Position numbers and translations under genes: made by a program | In this document: positions 57,108 through 58,358 of the stretch, piece by piece | Layout: every line of letters begins with the position of its first letter | Position numbering within the stretch: the first letter of the stretch is position 1 | Origin: Leidyana gryllorum EB-2025a | Lineage: Eukaryota > Protista > Apicomplexa | NCBI GenBank assembly: GCA_048772705.1 | Contig: JBLWGC010000007.1 | Coordinates: 1-58,358 of the forward strand | Length of the DNA stretch: 58,358 nt | Direction: 5' to 3' | The notes under the pieces: generated by a model | Told to the model about the DNA's origin: nothing | The model's input: the letters and a program-made list of their open reading frames with translations, nothing else | The model's database searches: none

Positions 57108-58358
57108 CTAGAACTGGACAGAATTCAAAGCTGAACAATCAATGAATGATACAGAAGCATATCCGAAACCTACGTCCATGAAAATCTTGGTCGGATCCTC
57201 AATGTAATCTGACACGGCTTTCAGGAAGCTGACGGCCTCACGTCCATCGACAATCCGATGATCGTAAGTCAAAGCCAGATACATTATGGGTCTGATAACA
57301 ATCTGTCCATCTTTAACCACTGGACGATTCACAATAGAGTGCATTCCTGCGAAAAACAAACACAATCATTCAAGAGACAGTACTCTCGCCGCCGCCGGCT
57401 CACCGAGAATGGCGGACTGAGGAGGATTGACAATGGGACAGCCCATCATCGATCCATACACTCCTCCGTTAGAGATCGTGAAGGTTCCTCCTGTCATTTG
57501 CTCGAGTCCGAGCTTCCCGTCGCGAGCAGCCTTAGCCAATCCCAACAATTCGGCTTCCAATTCAACAAGGGTCTTTTTCTCAGCATTCTTGATAACCGGC
57601 ACCGTCAACCCACTGGGAGTTGCCACGGCGACCGAAATGTCACAGTAATTTGGAGTCACGAGATTCTTGCCGTCAAGCACTAAGAGAGAGAGATCGAGAT
57701 CTCAGGATCGATCACCCGATTTGAAATTGAACCTCACCCGAATTGACGCCCGGATACTTTTGGAGAGCTTTTGCACATGCAGCGATGAAGAAGGACATGA
57801 AACCCAACTTGGTGTTGTACTTCTCCAAGATAGCCGGGCCGATACGCTTGCGCAGCTCCATAACATTGCCCATATCACATTCTTGGAAGGTCGTGAGCAG
57901 TACACCGTCAGACTGAGCAGACTTGAGACGTTCGCCGATCCGTTGACGTATTTCGACGAGTGGGACCACCGTCTCGCTCCGGCCGTCTCCGCTGGACGGA
58001 GAGGTCGAGGCGCTGGAAGGGTACGATCTGCACTGATCGGTCGCAACGGTCTCGGTCCGGGCCGACGGGGACGCTTCCTGAGCAGCCGGCGTGGCGCTCG
58101 CACGCGCTCCGCTCTCATAGTCGTCGCCGGAGTCCTCGTTGGAGGGTGTCGGCACATTGACGTCCGGGTCAGTCTCCACCACAAACAATCTGTTGCCAAC
58201 GTAAACTGTGTCTCCGTCGCCAGCGTCGATTGAGAGGAGACGACCACTGACGGGAGCGTTGACATCGACGGAGATTTTGTCGGTGTCAATGATGGCGACG
58301 ACCTCGTCGGCCTCAACCACCTCACCAGGCTGTTTACGCCAAGTCCGGACGGCTCCAG
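57108..58358 (-). CDS. DLST: Dihydrolipoamide succinyltransferase (2-oxoglutarate dehydrogenase E2), 5' truncated by the window, multi-exon
   Basis: Lipoyl [10 protein letters not shown]; [49 protein letters not shown]. Confidence 0.96.

Noticed and set aside
1-58358. Prokaryotic origin of the window
   Set aside because: Spliceosomal introns and MCM7, SWR1, DOP1, CDC50 and DDX1 show it is eukaryotic.

Overview
This is eukaryotic DNA from a very compact genome with short GT-AG introns (mostly 35-60 nt), intergenic gaps of tens of bp and overlapping 3' ends. The gene content and style suggest a protist, possibly an apicomplexan/gregarine (inference only). From about 8.7 kb to the end the window is a dense run of mostly housekeeping genes: nodulin-like MFS transporter, GalE, DDX60-like helicase, TYW3, a secreted ChtBD3 chitin-binding protein, MCM7, CDC50, DDX1, a GPR180/TMEM145-like protein, a GT34-like glycosyltransferase, Dopey/DOP1, a RING-H2 protein, SWR1/SRCAP, a PI-PLC X-domain protein, a CABLES-like cyclin, DLST and several orphans. 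The first 8.2 kb is different and is the best candidate for something undescribed. An intronless filamentous-haemagglutinin-like beta-helix ORF sits next to a tandem array of five ~1.1-1.2 kb cassettes. Each cassette has a near-identical ~530-bp constant block containing a G-U-rich (+ strand) structured-RNA-like core with a hypervariable 7-nt loop. Each also has a variable block of type A, B or C, in the order A-B-C-B-A. A ~150-bp segment is inverted between types A and B, codon-like conservation survives across frameshifts, there are older degenerate copies of the constant block, and a 324-bp solo LTR with a 5-bp target duplication sits at one junction. All alignments were done by eye and exon boundaries are approximate.
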